From a virus (taxonomy: Duplodnaviria > Caudoviricetes), in the IMG/VR virus record IMGVR_UViG_3300020045_006056, positions 1 to 41,922 of that record: DNA of 41,922 nt. One strand, written 5' to 3'. The notes beneath the pieces were generated by a model, which was given only the letters and a program-made list of their open reading frames with translations, had not been told where the DNA came from and made no database searches. Positions 17,872 to 26,638 of the stretch are shown here, in pieces (within the stretch, counting starts at the first letter, position 1; each line of letters opens with the position of its first letter). A program made the position numbers and the translations under genes.

Positions 17872-18721
17872 TCTGATTTTTGTTGTTGCTTTAGCTTTTC
17901 TGGCTTCTGCCTGCTCAAAAGTTCCCGCCGGTCATGTGGGTGTGAAAGTTTATCTGCTAGGTGGTGATAAGGGTGTTAGCTCCGAGGAATTGCCTGTTGG
18001 TCGCTACTGGATTGGCATTAACGAAGAATTGTACTTATTCCCCACTTTTAGCCAAAACGCAGTGTGGACACTGGAAGAAACCAGCGAATCACCGACTGAT
18101 CAGTCATTCAGCTTTCAAACGGTTGAAGGCATGGCGGTAGGTGCTGATGTCGGCATTACTTACAACATCGAGGCTGACAAGGTGACAGGTATTTATGAAA
18201 AGTACCGCAAAGGCGTGAATGAAATCACTGATATTTATTTACGCAACATGGTGCGTGACGCATTGGTGAAAGTCACCAGTACACAAAAGATTGAATCGGT
18301 ATATGGCGCAGGTAAAGCCACGATTATCGAATCAGTAGAAAAGATGGTGCGTGATCAGGTCAAGCCAATCGGCATTAATGTTGAGCGAATTTACTGGATC
18401 GGCAACCTGCGCCTGCCGCCACAAGTTACGACTGCAATTAACGCCAAGATTGAAGCCACGCAAAAGACGCAGCAGCGTGAAAACGAAGTTGCACAGTCAA
18501 AGGCTGAGGCAGATAAGGCAATAGAAGAGGCGCGAGGCATTGCAGATTCAAAGTTGCTTGTCGCACGAGCTGAAGCCGAAGCTATTGAACTTAAAGGCAA
18601 GGCCATCCGCGAAAACCCGTCAGTCATTGAATTAAATGCAATTGACAAGTGGGATGGAAAATTGCCTACCTATAGCGGTGGCGGTGCTGTGCCTTTTATT
18701 AATCTGGAAAAGAAGCAATAG
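17858..18721 (+). CDS. SPFH/band 7 (prohibitin-like) protein with lipobox
   Basis: LASAC signal, KVPAGHVGVKV, coiled-coil AEA repeats, KWDGKLP tail. Confidence 0.9.
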   Translation: MKVINLIFVVALAFLASACSKVPAGHVGVKVYLLGGDKGVSSEELPVGRYWIGINEELYLFPTFSQNAVWTLEETSESPTDQSFSFQTVEGMAVGADVGITYNIEADKVTGIYEKYRKGVNEITDIYLRNMVRDALVKVTSTQKIESVYGAGKATIIESVEKMVRDQVKPIGINVERIYWIGNLRLPPQVTTAINAKIEATQKTQQRENEVAQSKAEADKAIEEARGIADSKLLVARAEAEAIELKGKAIRENPSVIELNAIDKWDGKLPTYSGGGAVPFINLEKKQ

Positions 18722-18726
18722 ATTAA

Positions 18727-18761
18727 AAATAACACTTGCACATACAGATTATGTGTATAAT
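18727..18761 (+). promoter_or_regulatory. Strong extended -10 promoter with operator box
   Basis: AAATAACACTTG, CAGATTATGTG 18745-18755, TGTGTATAAT. Confidence 0.75.
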
Positions 18762-18809
18762 ACTAAGGTCAGTTAATAGCTGGCCTTTTTTATATAACCG
18801 GACATCAAA

Positions 18810-19379
18810 ATGTCGTATAAGCACAAGTGGCCGCGCCGATGCAGTAAGTGTGGGGCCAGAAAGACACTGAATATGATGCCGCATCAGTACAAGCTGGATA
18901 AGCACCGGACTTGTTTATGTGGCGGTGAATTGCGGGTTGATTGGTATCGCAAGAAGAAGGAAAACAAAGCGCCGTGCAAGTGTGATGGCTATCACTATCC
19001 GCACCGCAAAGGTGGTGGCGTGTGGTGCAAACATCATCCTATGGGGCCAAGCGAGCAGGATTATTTAGACAGATACGGCGATTACGCCGAACAACAGGTG
19101 GAGACTATGAACGAAAAACTAATCAAATATCAGGCAGCAGTTTTTGCTGATGCAGCAGAAGGCGAAAAGTTGGGCTATCTTTGCCAGCTGATCCAGATTT
19201 ATAACAGCAAGGCCATAAAGCTGCACCCAAGCGGTTTAAAGTGCATAGCTTTTACCTTGAGTGTTGGCGGCTGGATGCTCAATCACCCATCAGTAGATTG
19301 CCTTTTCGACAACAACAGCACTTTAGATCAGTTAATCCAAATCGTGGAGGGTCTTTTAGATGAAGCCTGTGTTTACTAA
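18810..19379 (+). CDS. Cys/His-rich (putative zinc-binding) protein fused to a second domain
   Basis: CSKC, CLC, CKCDGYHYPHR, CKHH; in-frame internal ATG 19107 with SD. Confidence 0.65.
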   Translation: MSYKHKWPRRCSKCGARKTLNMMPHQYKLDKHRTCLCGGELRVDWYRKKKENKAPCKCDGYHYPHRKGGGVWCKHHPMGPSEQDYLDRYGDYAEQQVETMNEKLIKYQAAVFADAAEGEKLGYLCQLIQIYNSKAIKLHPSGLKCIAFTLSVGGWMLNHPSVDCLFDNNSTLDQLIQIVEGLLDEACVY

Positions 19380-19557
19380 CGAAAGCGAAGCGCTAAGCGC
19401 ACCATATCGCCCACTGAAAGATTATGTCAGCGTGAAGCCAGTGCGGCACCAGCAGAAGCAAAAAGCCGAATCTGGCTCAATCTGGATGCGTCTGCTGTTG
19501 ATTGCAGTTGGCTTCTGCCTGTTTTCTTCAATTTTATGGAGTGCGTCCAATGTTTGA
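19360..19557 (+). CDS. Small protein with C-terminal TM helix
   Basis: SD GGAGGG; hydrophobic C-terminus. Confidence 0.55.
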   Translation: MKPVFTNESEALSAPYRPLKDYVSVKPVRHQQKQKAESGSIWMRLLLIAVGFCLFSSILWSASNV

Positions 19558-19762
19558 TTTTATAACTCAGTCGCACCCTGTTTTGGTGGTGATAGTTTTT
19601 CTGCTGTCGCTGAAGCTGGTTGTATTCGGTTTTGTCTGGTGGTTTGAGTCCAGCAACTACCGCAAGCAAATGGATGATCTGGAAAAGCAGCCTGAGCGTT
19701 GGGGTGAGTTTTTACGCACAGGTGAAGACTATCATTTTTTGAAAAAAGGTGAAGATAAATGA
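19550..19762 (+). CDS. Small single-TM protein
   Basis: ATG 19550 (MFDFITQ) with GGAG SD. Confidence 0.55.
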   Translation: MFDFITQSHPVLVVIVFLLSLKLVVFGFVWWFESSNYRKQMDDLEKQPERWGEFLRTGEDYHFLKKGEDK

Positions 19763-19989
19763 ATGCAATAAAACACCCGGTTCTTTTGCTTGCACTTTCT
19801 GCAGCAATTGCAATGATTTTTTACTTTTTTGGATTTGCTGTCGCCTCCTTTGTTGAGTGGGGGTTCCCTGCCGGATGGATGGAGTTTGATAAAGACTGGC
19901 GCAAAGGGTTTGCGGTCGGAACTGCTCTATGCTTTTTAATTGCATTTCCACTTTATCTTACAATTCTAATGAGGTTTGAAAAATCATGA
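19759..19989 (+). CDS. Small two-TM protein
   Basis: ATGA coupling; two hydrophobic helices. Confidence 0.6.
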   Translation: MNAIKHPVLLLALSAAIAMIFYFFGFAVASFVEWGFPAGWMEFDKDWRKGFAVGTALCFLIAFPLYLTILMRFEKS

Positions 19990-20081
19990 GCTGGTATGAA
20001 ATTGGAATAGCTGTTTATTTAAGCCTGGTTTTCGCACTGTGGATTTTTATCAAGGGCGCGGATCATGGTGATAAAGAATAA
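19986..20081 (+). CDS. 31-aa single-TM microprotein MSWYEIGIAVYLSLVFALWIFIKGADHGDKE
   Basis: ATGA coupling, SD GAGG; fills the operon gap; missing from ORF track. Confidence 0.55.
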   Translation: MSWYEIGIAVYLSLVFALWIFIKGADHGDKE

Positions 20082-20256
20082 ACAAACAGGCAAAACCGAA
20101 GAAGTGCAGTCTTATGGCTTCGGCTTTGTGAATGCAAAAGGTGAATTTATACACCGTAAAAATGCGGTGTTTTGTTTGGGTCAGGCAATGAGGAAGATGA
20201 AAGATGGACAGAAACGCTTGGCGGACTCCGCCAGAAATATTCGCGGTACTGAATGA
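20065..20256 (+). CDS. Hypothetical protein
   Basis: 63-aa ORF bridging neighbours. Confidence 0.45.
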   Translation: MVIKNKQTGKTEEVQSYGFGFVNAKGEFIHRKNAVFCLGQAMRKMKDGQKRLADSARNIRGTE

Positions 20257-20734
20257 AGAATTTAACTTCAAAATAGACGTTGCTGCATCGGCGCAGAATT
20301 CGCTTTGCCCGCTGTTTATTGACAAGGATATGGACTCGTTAGAGACACGCTGGTATTCAATGATTGATCGCGGCGACTATGCTTGGTGCAACTGCCCTTA
20401 TTCTGATATCGGGCCGTGGGTGGAAAAGTCAGCAAAAGAGTCTCGTTTAGGTGCTGGCGTAGTTATGCTGGTCATGGCCGATACCTCTGTAGGCTGGTAC
20501 AGAAAAGCTATTGAAACCTGTCAGGAAGTGCGATTTATCACAGGTGGGCGGCTTGCTTTTCTGGATCCTGAAACCGCAAAACCAACAGGCGGAAACAACA
20601 AAGGCAGTATGTTTTTAATATGGCATCCGTTCGCCAAAGGTAAGCTGATTGTGTCTCACGTTGACCGTGATACCCTCATAAATGAGGGAGCCAAAATCAT
20701 TAAGCGCGATTTACTGATGCACGTTCCATTCTAA
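20204..20734 (+). CDS. dam: Phage N6-adenine methyltransferase (T1/HP1 Dam-like)
   Basis: WRTPPEIF, IDVAAS, WCNCPYS (NPPY variant), GGRLAF. Confidence 0.88.
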   Translation: MDRNAWRTPPEIFAVLNEEFNFKIDVAASAQNSLCPLFIDKDMDSLETRWYSMIDRGDYAWCNCPYSDIGPWVEKSAKESRLGAGVVMLVMADTSVGWYRKAIETCQEVRFITGGRLAFLDPETAKPTGGNNKGSMFLIWHPFAKGKLIVSHVDRDTLINEGAKIIKRDLLMHVPF

Positions 20735-20749
20735 AGGGTTGAAGCAAAA

Positions 20750-20914
20750 ATGCACATACACTTATTGATGGGTTCTATAGTTTCAATGCTTTCCGCATGC
20801 AACACGGGTGCAGGCGAAGTTAAGTCGCCTGTGTGGTTAGATGAAGGATTAAAGATTCGCAGAAAACCACGAAAGGCCAAAAAGAAAACAGCTAGAAAAG
20901 GCGGAAGGCCGTGA
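20750..20914 (+). CDS. 54-aa possible lipoprotein with very basic tail
   Basis: MHIHLLMGSIVSMLSAC...RRKPRKAKKKTARKGGRP; fills the gap up to the terminator. Confidence 0.4.
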   Translation: MHIHLLMGSIVSMLSACNTGAGEVKSPVWLDEGLKIRRKPRKAKKKTARKGGRP

Positions 20915-20921
20915 AACAAAT

Positions 20922-20948
20922 AAAGGGGCTAATTGCCCCTTAGTTTTT
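20922..20948. terminator. Terminator between converging early and late arms
   Basis: AAGGGGC/GCCCCTT stem. Confidence 0.7.
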
Positions 20949-21423
20949 CATATGCCACCTGACAACCTAATCCGGCTATTCTTGATCGGTCAGCGATTTC
21001 TGCCAAATCTCCCGCTCGGCGGTCAGCGCGTCTAAGCAAGTCGGCAAGCACAGTGATGTTTGTGGCGGCTGCTGCGCGTTCTGCGGTAGTGGCGGAGGGA
21101 TTATTGCAGGCACTTGATCGGCGCACACTATTGCTGATGGACTCTGACAAGCTGCTAGATGCAAGCTCAGCAGTGCGGCGGCTAACTTCCAGTTCTGCAA
21201 ATTGCTTTTTAAGGTCATTGTTTACTTTCTCCAATTCTATTGCCCGGTCATTGTGTTTTTTTACTGCTGCGGCTATCAGCTTAGATTGAGCCTTAGACGC
21301 TTCGGCTTCTGCGTTAGACCATTTGGTCTGCCACTTGTTATCAGACCATTCATGGCCAGCCCAAGCGCTCAAGGCGACAACAGCAGCTAATGCAATGGCG
21401 TAAATAAGGTATTTATTCATCAT
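20929..21423 (-). CDS. Rz: i-spanin (Rz-like, DUF2514-like)
   Basis: N-terminal TM, coiled coil, LADLLRRADRRAGDLAEIADRSRIAGLGCQ; last gene of lysis cassette. Confidence 0.8.
   Translation of the reverse strand: MMNKYLIYAIALAAVVALSAWAGHEWSDNKWQTKWSNAEAEASKAQSKLIAAAVKKHNDRAIELEKVNNDLKKQFAELEVSRRTAELASSSLSESISNSVRRSSACNNPSATTAERAAAATNITVLADLLRRADRRAGDLAEIADRSRIAGLGCQVAYEKLRGN
20976..21218 (-). CDS. Rz1: o-spanin lipoprotein (Rz1-like) embedded in Rz
   Basis: Signal peptide with LAAC lipobox, Pro-rich mature part, fully nested in an alternate frame. Confidence 0.8.
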   Translation of the reverse strand: MTLKSNLQNWKLAAALLSLHLAACQSPSAIVCADQVPAIIPPPLPQNAQQPPQTSLCLPTCLDALTAEREIWQKSLTDQE

Positions 21424-21667
21424 CTTTAGTGTTTCCTTTGTGCAGACTGTCAATACCCTTCCATATAGCTGCAATCAGGGCCGCTGCAATAGCCCCAAAT
21501 GCCATAGCCGCCTGGGTTGGGTCCAGTAGCTTTAACTCATCAACTATCTTCCATAGCAAAGCCTGTGAGCTAAAAATCAGCATAACCTGGACAATACGCA
21601 TTTGACGAAGCGTCACATGAATAGGCTGGCTGAAAATAAAGCCAAACATTGCTTTAAAGTGTTCCAT
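21413..21667 (-). CDS. Putative holin
   Basis: 84 aa from ATG 21667, hydrophobic helices, charged C-terminus; between endolysin and spanins. Confidence 0.6.
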   Translation of the reverse strand: MEHFKAMFGFIFSQPIHVTLRQMRIVQVMLIFSSQALLWKIVDELKLLDPTQAAMAFGAIAAALIAAIWKGIDSLHKGNTKDDE

Positions 21668-22124
21668 CTTTCCACCGCTGCCAATCGTTAAGATACTTTT
21701 CAGCCGAAGCCGCCCCACCAGCATTCCAGTAGCGCTTAGCATATTCAGCCATAGCCTGAGTGGTTTTCGGCAATGGATTTTTGTCCATAGCGATATAGTG
21801 CCGCGCCATCCAGAGCGCATACACATCATCGTTAATCATGCGGTCTGGGTCGCTGCGAATTATGCCGTATTTACTTGCTCTGGCGTTGATGGTGTCGCTG
21901 TTGTCCCAAACGCTATTGTGCGTTGGCGGCTCCATTCCAAACAAGCCGCGAGCAGCACCTTCAGGCACAGGCTGACCGTTTTTAATAATAAGTTGGCGGC
22001 GATATTTGCAGCCGTGGGATTCGTGGGCTGCAATCATACAAAGAAGCTCGACGACTGCATCAGAATGCAGCCACCAAGTTAATAGGTGTTCAGTACAAAA
22101 GTGCTTGAAGTCTTGGTATTTCAT
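21654..22124 (-). CDS. Putative endolysin, lysozyme-like/transglycosylase fold
   Basis: IAAHES catalytic-Glu-like motif, ARGLFGMEP, YWN; first gene of lysis cassette. Confidence 0.65.
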   Translation of the reverse strand: MKYQDFKHFCTEHLLTWWLHSDAVVELLCMIAAHESHGCKYRRQLIIKNGQPVPEGAARGLFGMEPPTHNSVWDNSDTINARASKYGIIRSDPDRMINDDVYALWMARHYIAMDKNPLPKTTQAMAEYAKRYWNAGGAASAEKYLNDWQRWKDGTL

Positions 22125-22136
22125 TTATTTAGCCTT

Positions 22137-24173
22137 TTAACCAAAAGTAGTTATCGCCCTACCTGATGCACCATCGATGAATTTGTCAGCGCCTAAATAC
22201 TGTGGAGCATAAAACTTACAGTCATCATTGCCGACCGACCGCATGATAACTGCTACAGAGCCAGGATAACCCCTCACCTGAGTTGTTGGATATACCGTGT
22301 AATCATATGTTACAGTTCTGCCGCTTACTGGATCCCTGAAAGAAATACTGTTTTCACCGTCTACAGCTGGGTAGTAAGTTACATCATCAGTTGGATCTGG
22401 TGCAGCCATTTCTATGAATTGTGGGGCAGTTATCTCTCGGAAAGCGTCAGACATTGGACACATACCGTTATAAATGTTTTGTATCTGCAACCCAGCTGAT
22501 GAAGCCATGCTAAAAGTTGCATCAACAGCTCCAGCACCGATAAACTCTAAATCTTCATAGTAATTTGCCGACTGACCATCTGGCCAATTTATAGTCGTTT
22601 GCTGGTGAACGCCGAATGTGTCACCCATATACATGGAACCATTAGCAGGCAAAGAGCTTGATATTTCAACACCGTCTTTTCGCCAAGATATAGCGTTAAG
22701 CGTTTCACCGCCATGAATGCTGCCACCAGTTTTTGCAGTGCCTTCTGGCCCACCTTGACGCACTGAAAATACAGGAGTTGCAGCACTGCCAGAATCCAAA
22801 TAAACACTGGCCTTTCTTGCAAAGTTAAAAAAGTCGTAAGTTTCAAAATTATTAAATTTTTCAGATTGAAAAAGCTGCTGAATGTTAACACCGATGACAC
22901 GAAGATCGGTTGTTGTAGTTCCGTTGTTGGTTATCCTTAGCGTAAAAGTTCCCATTTTTGGAGCTGCAAACTCATAGATACGATAGCCATCAGCTGTAGA
23001 GCTAGATCCCCTGCGCAAATCAAGCGTGGCAATCACAACTCCGTTGGTCTGGTCCTTAATTTCAACTGAGTTTGCAGCAGAGTTAAATTGATACAGTCCA
23101 ACATTGAATAATCCGTTTTCGTCTGTAGTTACTGAATATTCAACGTATTCACCGCCGCCAACTGTATTTCTGCGCATGTTTTGAGTTTGAAACAAGTTTG
23201 TTGCGTTGTCGTAAGCTTTCCAGCCAGAAACCACCATTGCGCTATTTGTCCAAGTTCCTGACTCAGCAGCTACTGTATTTTTGCACAACCACGCCATAGT
23301 CAGATCGTAAACTAAAGTTTGCCTCCACCGCTGCCACGGTGTGCCTACGTCACCTGAACCCGATAGTGTAGGCGCGCCTGCCTGCTGCATACGCAAAGCA
23401 ATACCGCCTGTTTTGTTGGCTTTAGGTGACACAAACCAAACAGTCCCTGCGCTTTGCACATACATTGCTTTTTTCCCTGATTTTTGTGATTTTTTTGGGC
23501 GCAATGAGTATTGACCATCTATCAGTCCATCCTTTCGGAAGCCTTTCACTTCTTTTGCTTTTGGGTATCCGCCACCAATAATTTTGCAGTCATCTGCTAT
23601 GACGGATATATCACCCATTGGTGGATATAAATTAAGGTAAAGCTCTTTTTGTGGGACGTAAACGCCCCACTTACCTTGAGTAACAGCGTCTTCTGCAGCC
23701 TGCATTAGCAATGAATACACGGTTGAAGGATTGGTGGTTGGATTGTATGCAGCAAAGTTAATTAAACCCAATTCAACAATTGACGCCCCTTCATAAGATG
23801 ACAGGGCGGTCCTAAGGGTAGAATCATTGCGGTTAGTCCAAGTTGCAACACTTTCGCCGCCAGTGCCTGCAACCGTACTGCTAGGCGGAACTATTTTAGG
23901 TAACACCCCACCCCAGCTAAAATAAGCAGCTGGTGATGTTGTGCGCTGCAAAACTTGATTTCGCTCATTGATAGTACCACCAAGCTCAAAACTGCCTGCA
24001 GCGGGGTAAAAACCTGCCGCTAAAATTGCGCCTTCAACTCTATTTTCAAATCCGGTGATCGTTAATCTGGCCTGCCCAAGCCTATCATTCACGCTTTCAG
24101 CCGCGCTGGTAACAACTTCATCAAGAGTGGCAAGGTTAAGATCGGCATTTACTAAATCTTGTGGTGTTGCCAT
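22137..24173 (-). CDS. Tail fibre/tailspike receptor-binding protein
   Basis: N-terminal DRLGQARLT and SFELGGT...YFSWGGVLPKIVP tailspike head domain; beta-rich C-terminus. Confidence 0.8.
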   Translation of the reverse strand: MATPQDLVNADLNLATLDEVVTSAAESVNDRLGQARLTITGFENRVEGAILAAGFYPAAGSFELGGTINERNQVLQRTTSPAAYFSWGGVLPKIVPPSSTVAGTGGESVATWTNRNDSTLRTALSSYEGASIVELGLINFAAYNPTTNPSTVYSLLMQAAEDAVTQGKWGVYVPQKELYLNLYPPMGDISVIADDCKIIGGGYPKAKEVKGFRKDGLIDGQYSLRPKKSQKSGKKAMYVQSAGTVWFVSPKANKTGGIALRMQQAGAPTLSGSGDVGTPWQRWRQTLVYDLTMAWLCKNTVAAESGTWTNSAMVVSGWKAYDNATNLFQTQNMRRNTVGGGEYVEYSVTTDENGLFNVGLYQFNSAANSVEIKDQTNGVVIATLDLRRGSSSTADGYRIYEFAAPKMGTFTLRITNNGTTTTDLRVIGVNIQQLFQSEKFNNFETYDFFNFARKASVYLDSGSAATPVFSVRQGGPEGTAKTGGSIHGGETLNAISWRKDGVEISSSLPANGSMYMGDTFGVHQQTTINWPDGQSANYYEDLEFIGAGAVDATFSMASSAGLQIQNIYNGMCPMSDAFREITAPQFIEMAAPDPTDDVTYYPAVDGENSISFRDPVSGRTVTYDYTVYPTTQVRGYPGSVAVIMRSVGNDDCKFYAPQYLGADKFIDGASGRAITTFG

Positions 24174-24211
24174 TGTTGGCTCCGTAATATTAATTTAATC
24201 TGATTTTAGCT

Positions 24212-26638
24212 TTATTCGGCTGGGTATGCACGTTCATCATAATTCACCAGCTCAACATCAACGATTCCGGCCTGACTCGGCTTGCCGCGCTTCGTGATGA
24301 TGTAGTCGTGCGCTTCTGAGTCGGTGGCGATCATATAAAGGCTACCCATCTGAATCTCAAAGCTATCAGCAGTGTAAGCGGTTAGTCCGGCTGCTTCAAA
24401 TCCAAATGGATTGCCGTCAGCTCTGGCTGTGCAAATCACTGTATTTGATGTGCTTCCATCATCATTGCTGATGTATACGTAATAGGTTTGACCGGTCACT
24501 GGCTCAAACTTTTCTGATGTGGTGAACACATTGCCAGATTGCGCCCTGATTTCTCCGGTGAATATCTGGCTGTCAGCGATATATCCCCAGCCCACGCGCT
24601 CGCCTATACCTAAAGCTAATGCGTCCATATGGGTACGTTCAGAGACCTTAATCCGCTGGTATCTGATGCGGCCTATTTCGCGTTGTGCGCGGTTCTCCGC
24701 TTGGTACTGATTGCGGCATCCGGCCAGCTCCATTTTCTGCACTCGGACACCCAAGCCGTTTTCAATGGCTCCGGTTGCCGGATTAATGCGCTTACGGATA
24801 TAAGCCGTGGTGTTTAAATCGGGATCCACATAGCTGACCTGTACGCTGTCAAAATCTAAACCGCGCTGAAACTTTCCTGATAATTTGCTAGATGACGGGG
24901 CCACGTTGCGGCGATTGAATAAAGCAACGCGAGCCGATTTTAATTCGTCGCGCACAAATCGCCAGTTGCCGCTGGCTATCTCATAAGCTGATACCCTTGC
25001 CACGTTGCAAATCGTCTGCACAAATTGCTTGGCCCCTACGTCAGAGTCATCAAAACTAAAATCAAAATAACCAAGGCGAGGATCGGCTAAGCCTTCCTCA
25101 ATGGCAAACAGTGTTTCATAGTCGATATTCGCCACAGGCACACCGCAGCGATTAACAAGCACATCCATAACGGCTTGAGCAAAGCTTCGTGTAACCGCAT
25201 AATCTCCAAACGTGCCAGTTTCTGAATTAAATATTTCAAGCTCACGCTGCCACAACAGGTTTATTTTTTCTGATGCCCCGCGTGACTGCATTGCACTGCT
25301 GCGCCGGTTTGTTCTAATAATTGTCATGCCTGGAAAGGTTGTTGTGTACGGCGTCACAGATTCGACGCGCTCAAGAGTGAGGCTGTCAGCTGCGTTGTCA
25401 CCTAAGCTTGCGGACGTTCTGTTTGCCTTGGCTTTGTATCGCCCTGGAGTTAATCCGCTAATCTCCTCTGTTTTAAATAGCCCATCTTGGGTGTTGCCAA
25501 TGAAAGAACCTGGTAGCACTTCTGGCGATCCAATATCCTCACCATCACTGTCTATTTGCTGGATTGTCAGCGCATAGGTAACACTTACGTTTTCGCCAGA
25601 TCCGTCACGCAAGCCAGATGGCATGGACAACTGAAACCTAATGGCCGTCACTTGATCACCATCCAGTGTAAAAAATGGTATTGATGCAGCCTCACTGACT
25701 GATGATAACTCACCAGCAACCCTGAATCCGCCAGCAGGGAAAGGCTGAAGCGCATCAGCAACAAACGATATTTCATTGCCTGAAATGGATTCGATTACCC
25801 TTGAGCCGTCATAAAACATCAGAGTATCAGTTTCTAAGTAGCTGACGTTTATTTCAATGGTTTCTCCAACTTCCGGCTGGAGCACATCGATTTCATCTGA
25901 TCCAATTCTGAGTATGTCTTCTGTTTCAAAAAATCCCGCATCTATGGTGACAGATTTATAAAGCTCGTCAGTTGCAGGCAGTGGAAAATCTATGCTTCCT
26001 TCGGCTGGCCTTACATCAACTAGCCCTGTTGGCGTTTCTCCGGGACCGAAAACTTCATAGGTTGAAAATGGCAGCTCAGAAAAAAGAGTTGAGCCGTCCT
26101 TCACATCGCTAACAACTCCACGACCAAGTGACACCCCGAAAATCTCTGTGAACTGACGGCGGTTTCCGATGTATGTGTAATAGCTGCGTTGGATAAAGTC
26201 AGGGAAACAAATCACCTCGCCATAAACATTTGGCACGGCCTGATTGGGCCTGTATGAGTTTGTTGCGGCGTTTAGCTGGTTGTTCGGGCTGGTCTTGCTA
26301 CTTCCTGCGTCGTTTGGTATTTGAGGCTTTGGCAGTAGCACGACAGATGCGACTAAGGCAACGGCAACAATAATCAGCGCAGTTTCAATGCCATTTGCCC
26401 TTGATACCACATCAACCTGATCATGCTTGCTGATCACAACGTTAATTCGCTCGTTCAGGTTATCGTGCTTGCCGCTGTCTGCAATCACTTTGCCGTTGAG
26501 CGAAACAACAGCGCCGGATTCACCCATAGACTTAAACGGGCTTTCGGCAAGCCAGCGCAAGAGGTTTACATCAGCATCAACATTGAATACTTCTGGGGTA
26601 TGCTTCAGTGGGTTTTTATGGACTCTGATGATCGCCAT
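24212..26638 (-). CDS. Tail tip/host-specificity protein (TipJ-like)
   Basis: SPNNQL...RPNQAVPNVYG, LGYFDFSFDD, ELVNYDER. Confidence 0.88.
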   Translation of the reverse strand: MAIIRVHKNPLKHTPEVFNVDADVNLLRWLAESPFKSMGESGAVVSLNGKVIADSGKHDNLNERINVVISKHDQVDVVSRANGIETALIIVAVALVASVVLLPKPQIPNDAGSSKTSPNNQLNAATNSYRPNQAVPNVYGEVICFPDFIQRSYYTYIGNRRQFTEIFGVSLGRGVVSDVKDGSTLFSELPFSTYEVFGPGETPTGLVDVRPAEGSIDFPLPATDELYKSVTIDAGFFETEDILRIGSDEIDVLQPEVGETIEINVSYLETDTLMFYDGSRVIESISGNEISFVADALQPFPAGGFRVAGELSSVSEAASIPFFTLDGDQVTAIRFQLSMPSGLRDGSGENVSVTYALTIQQIDSDGEDIGSPEVLPGSFIGNTQDGLFKTEEISGLTPGRYKAKANRTSASLGDNAADSLTLERVESVTPYTTTFPGMTIIRTNRRSSAMQSRGASEKINLLWQRELEIFNSETGTFGDYAVTRSFAQAVMDVLVNRCGVPVANIDYETLFAIEEGLADPRLGYFDFSFDDSDVGAKQFVQTICNVARVSAYEIASGNWRFVRDELKSARVALFNRRNVAPSSSKLSGKFQRGLDFDSVQVSYVDPDLNTTAYIRKRINPATGAIENGLGVRVQKMELAGCRNQYQAENRAQREIGRIRYQRIKVSERTHMDALALGIGERVGWGYIADSQIFTGEIRAQSGNVFTTSEKFEPVTGQTYYVYISNDDGSTSNTVICTARADGNPFGFEAAGLTAYTADSFEIQMGSLYMIATDSEAHDYIITKRGKPSQAGIVDVELVNYDERAYPAE

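Noticed and set aside
22137-26638. Diversity-generating retroelement or invertible tail-fibre cassette
   Set aside because: No reverse transcriptase, invertase, template repeat or duplicated fibre end seen
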